NCBI GenBank assembly: GCA_028534125.1
Contig: CM052817.1
Coordinates: 47,990,001 to 48,054,000 of the forward strand
From: Lama glama
Lineage: Eukaryota
Direction of reading: 5' to 3'
Length of the DNA: 64,000 nucleotides
The first letter of the stretch is position 1; each line of letters opens with the position of its first letter. The notes under the pieces are model-generated. The model had not been told where the DNA came from, did no database searches, and saw only the letters and a program-made list of their open reading frames with translations. Position numbers and translations under genes: made by a program. Shown piece after piece: positions 61,131 to 64,000 of this stretch.

Positions 61131-64000
61131 CCCATTAGCCCAACATGCCTCACTTTAGAGATGAGGACACCAAGGCCAACAGAAACTTCGTCGTTTATCC
61201 AAATGTGATGTTTTAACAGCAGAGCTAGACCAGAAACCAAATTTCTGTGCTCTTAGACCAGTCCTTTTAAAAACTATACCATGGTTCCTCCTGTCTGATT
61301 TGTATTTAGCTCATGATAAGGTGCGCTTTAAAGTCACTGTCCTTTGCTTCCCTCTTCTCACCAAATGACACAAATTGGAAGACCATTACCAAAGCAGGAG
61401 ATTAGTAACACTTAGGCTGAGAGTTACCTTCTACAGATTTCCTGAACTCTTTCTGAAGACATCTTTTGCATTTCCTCACAGTTCCCTTTATGACTGGAAC
61501 CCCAGAGTCTAATCCTATGTATGTCTTTGTGAGACAAGCAGACTCTAGAAAAAGCAAAATTCTAGGAACTCGAGATAATTTACATTATTCCACAATGAGT
61601 CAGTCTCAGAGCTCAGAAACAGTTTTATTACTTCTGAGCCAACGGACTTTTTCGTTAAAATATAGTTTCGAACAATTACCTAGTTTCGCCTCCCTAACAA
61701 GATGAAAGTTAGAGCAGTCTTAATTTGTTCTAAGAATGCTAATGGTTGCTTACAGAACAGGATGAGAAACAAATCCACTCACCAGCTAATGGTCAGGAAC
61801 ACCACCAGTTCAAGTACAAAGGAAAGAAGGCGTGTATAAGCTCAAATCTTAGGACCTAAACAATAAAGCAAAATAGCTGCTCTAAAATGCTTCAATATTC
61901 CCAGAGTGGCTCTGCAGGAAAATCCACAGAAAATCACTAATACCCACAGCCCTCCATCAGGATATGTTTACAGCAGCAAGAAGAGAGAGGAATACAAGGT
62001 GAGAGGCTTTTTAAGCAAGGCGACCAACAGTAATAACTATAATAAAAAGCAACGTTACATCCAGTAAGACTATCGGTCCCTTTGGTGCCAAGTTTAAACA
62101 GCAATTAAGTTATAAACATTTACACATTATAAAGAGGAAACGATACTAGAGACCGAAGAAACTATGGTGAGTTAAAAGGAGAAAATGACTGTATATCCTT
62201 TTGGTAACACTCTTTCTAGACATTTTAAGTGATAGTTTTGAGCAGCATAAAGCCAAGGGTTCAGACAAAGTGAAGAATTCACAATGAAGCATGCTTCAGA
62301 AATCAGTGTCTGGCAAATAAACACAAACCTCCTAAGTTAAATGAATAAATCCAGTAATTTAATAGAAGAAAATCATAATTTGAAGGCCTATAAATTGTTC
62401 AAAGACTGTAAGAAAGAAATTATTAAATGACCCAATGACAATTATACAGGCTAAAATCCAACTTCACTTACGAAGGTTCTACAAGGCTTGGAATGCATTG
62501 TTAAATTTCCTTTCAGATTCTTCCCTGAAGAAAAGGAAAAGGAATCTAATTCTCTCTTATTGCGATATAATGTGTAAAAATAGTGCACAAGAGACTGCAG
62601 AACTGGAAAAACAAAACCACAAGTGTTTTGGGGAAAGGTGTGAGCTATTCCTTCATTCTGCTACTAATTTTAAAAGGTGACAGTGTATCATTCATATTCC
62701 TTCCTGAGTCTCCAGTTTATTGGGGAAATATTAAAACCTGTATTCCTAGTCAGAGATAAATCTGTGAATTTCGTGGAGTTACTGTTTGAGTCCACTGAAT
62801 TCACACAACAAGAATTTACCTATTTCTCAAAAAAAAAAAGTAAAATAAGATGGGAAAAATCTGGGCCAAACATAGTAAAACAGTGTCTTCCCTGAAGGAC
62901 TTCTCAGATCCCTTCGTAAACTAAAATGAATTACCAAGGGCGGGATAATATAATCTATAATATGCAGCACTTACCAGATCTACTGGGATGACAGAGCTCT
63001 TTTTTTCTTTTCTTTTTTTTTTTTAATGGAACATCTATTGGAAACAGTAAATGACAAAACCCATTTTGGGAAATAGTGATCTACACAAGTAGTCTGTATC
63101 CAGACAAAATATTAGCACTGCTACGAGGATATGTAAGCAAATGATACATAGCATCATGGATAAAAGAATAAGGTTTGCCACATAAGTGTCACATATTAGC
63201 CAGTGACGACTTTAAAGCAGAGTTTGTCAAATGTTTCTTGTTGCTTTACAACTATTTTCAAATAAATCATTTGAAACTATGTTTAAGTTTCCAATTATGA
63301 TGAAATAGAAGGGAAAGTGAGAATGGAACTTGCTTAGCAAAAGGAAATAATCTCTATCCTACAATTATCTAAAGCAAACCAGAATGCAAACATTTTCTGT
63401 AGATTAAGGCTCTGATCACATTACATCCAATAAATCTTTCTGCAAAGATTGTGCATGTTTGTTCCTGTTTATAGTACATGCTTGTTTAATCTTTCCATAA
63501 AGGCTTTCTTGTCTCACACAATGTTTTTTTAAACATATAAAAACTGTTTGACTCTTTTTATAAACTGACATGAGCAGAACTCTTTCCAATGGTCTTCTGA
63601 GAATTATGATAGAGAGATTTGCAGTAATGATCTACAGAAAACATGGAACTTTAAATTCCTGGGAGACCCTCATTTATGTTCTCAATCCGGTTTTCAAAAA
63701 ACTGGCTTTAAATCCTCATTTCCTCCTCTATCTTGAGATCATTTTTGATGGCACACACAGTTTCAAAGCCTGTTGCATGAGTCCTTAATTCCATGAGGCA
63801 TTAAGTAGGTAATGACATTTCTCTAACATTAAAATTCTAAAAAATGTATAACAACAGAAGTATACAGCAATTCCCACAAGGAGTGGTAACAAGTTGTATG
63901 AAATTCTGCAATCTGGGGACTGAGACCTGCCAGTAAAGGCAATTCTCTCTTAGAGGTATCAAGTTCATTAAAAAGAGACTGGAATACCCAATTTGATTTT

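Overview
Mammalian genomic DNA, most likely from a camelid: it carries four tRNA-derived SINEs resembling the camelid vic-1 family. The whole 64 kb lies inside SLC4A4 (electrogenic Na+/HCO3- cotransporter NBCe1) on the minus strand. Seven internal coding exons can be read with GT-AG boundaries and a continuous frame (58172-58443, 46901-46971, 34679-34870, 21205-21318, 19855-20016, 5984-6162, 4764-4836). They encode much of the transmembrane domain, including the glycosylated third extracellular loop. The rest is intron packed with L1, L2, MIR, CR1, MaLR/ERV LTRs, DNA-transposon relics and microsatellites, and most other listed ORFs are spurious or L1 debris. I found no convincing new biological system. 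The most notable observations are two opposite-orientation retro-insertions sharing one triplicated target site (34.1-34.4 kb), a solo ERV LTR 60 nt from a splice acceptor, a doubly truncated L1 ORF2 insert, an exon read-through ORF that could give a truncated isoform, two poison-exon candidates, inverted L1 pairs bracketing exons, and a MER53 hairpin with a miR-1302-like sequence. Repeat family names come from my recall of consensus sequences, not from a database search.
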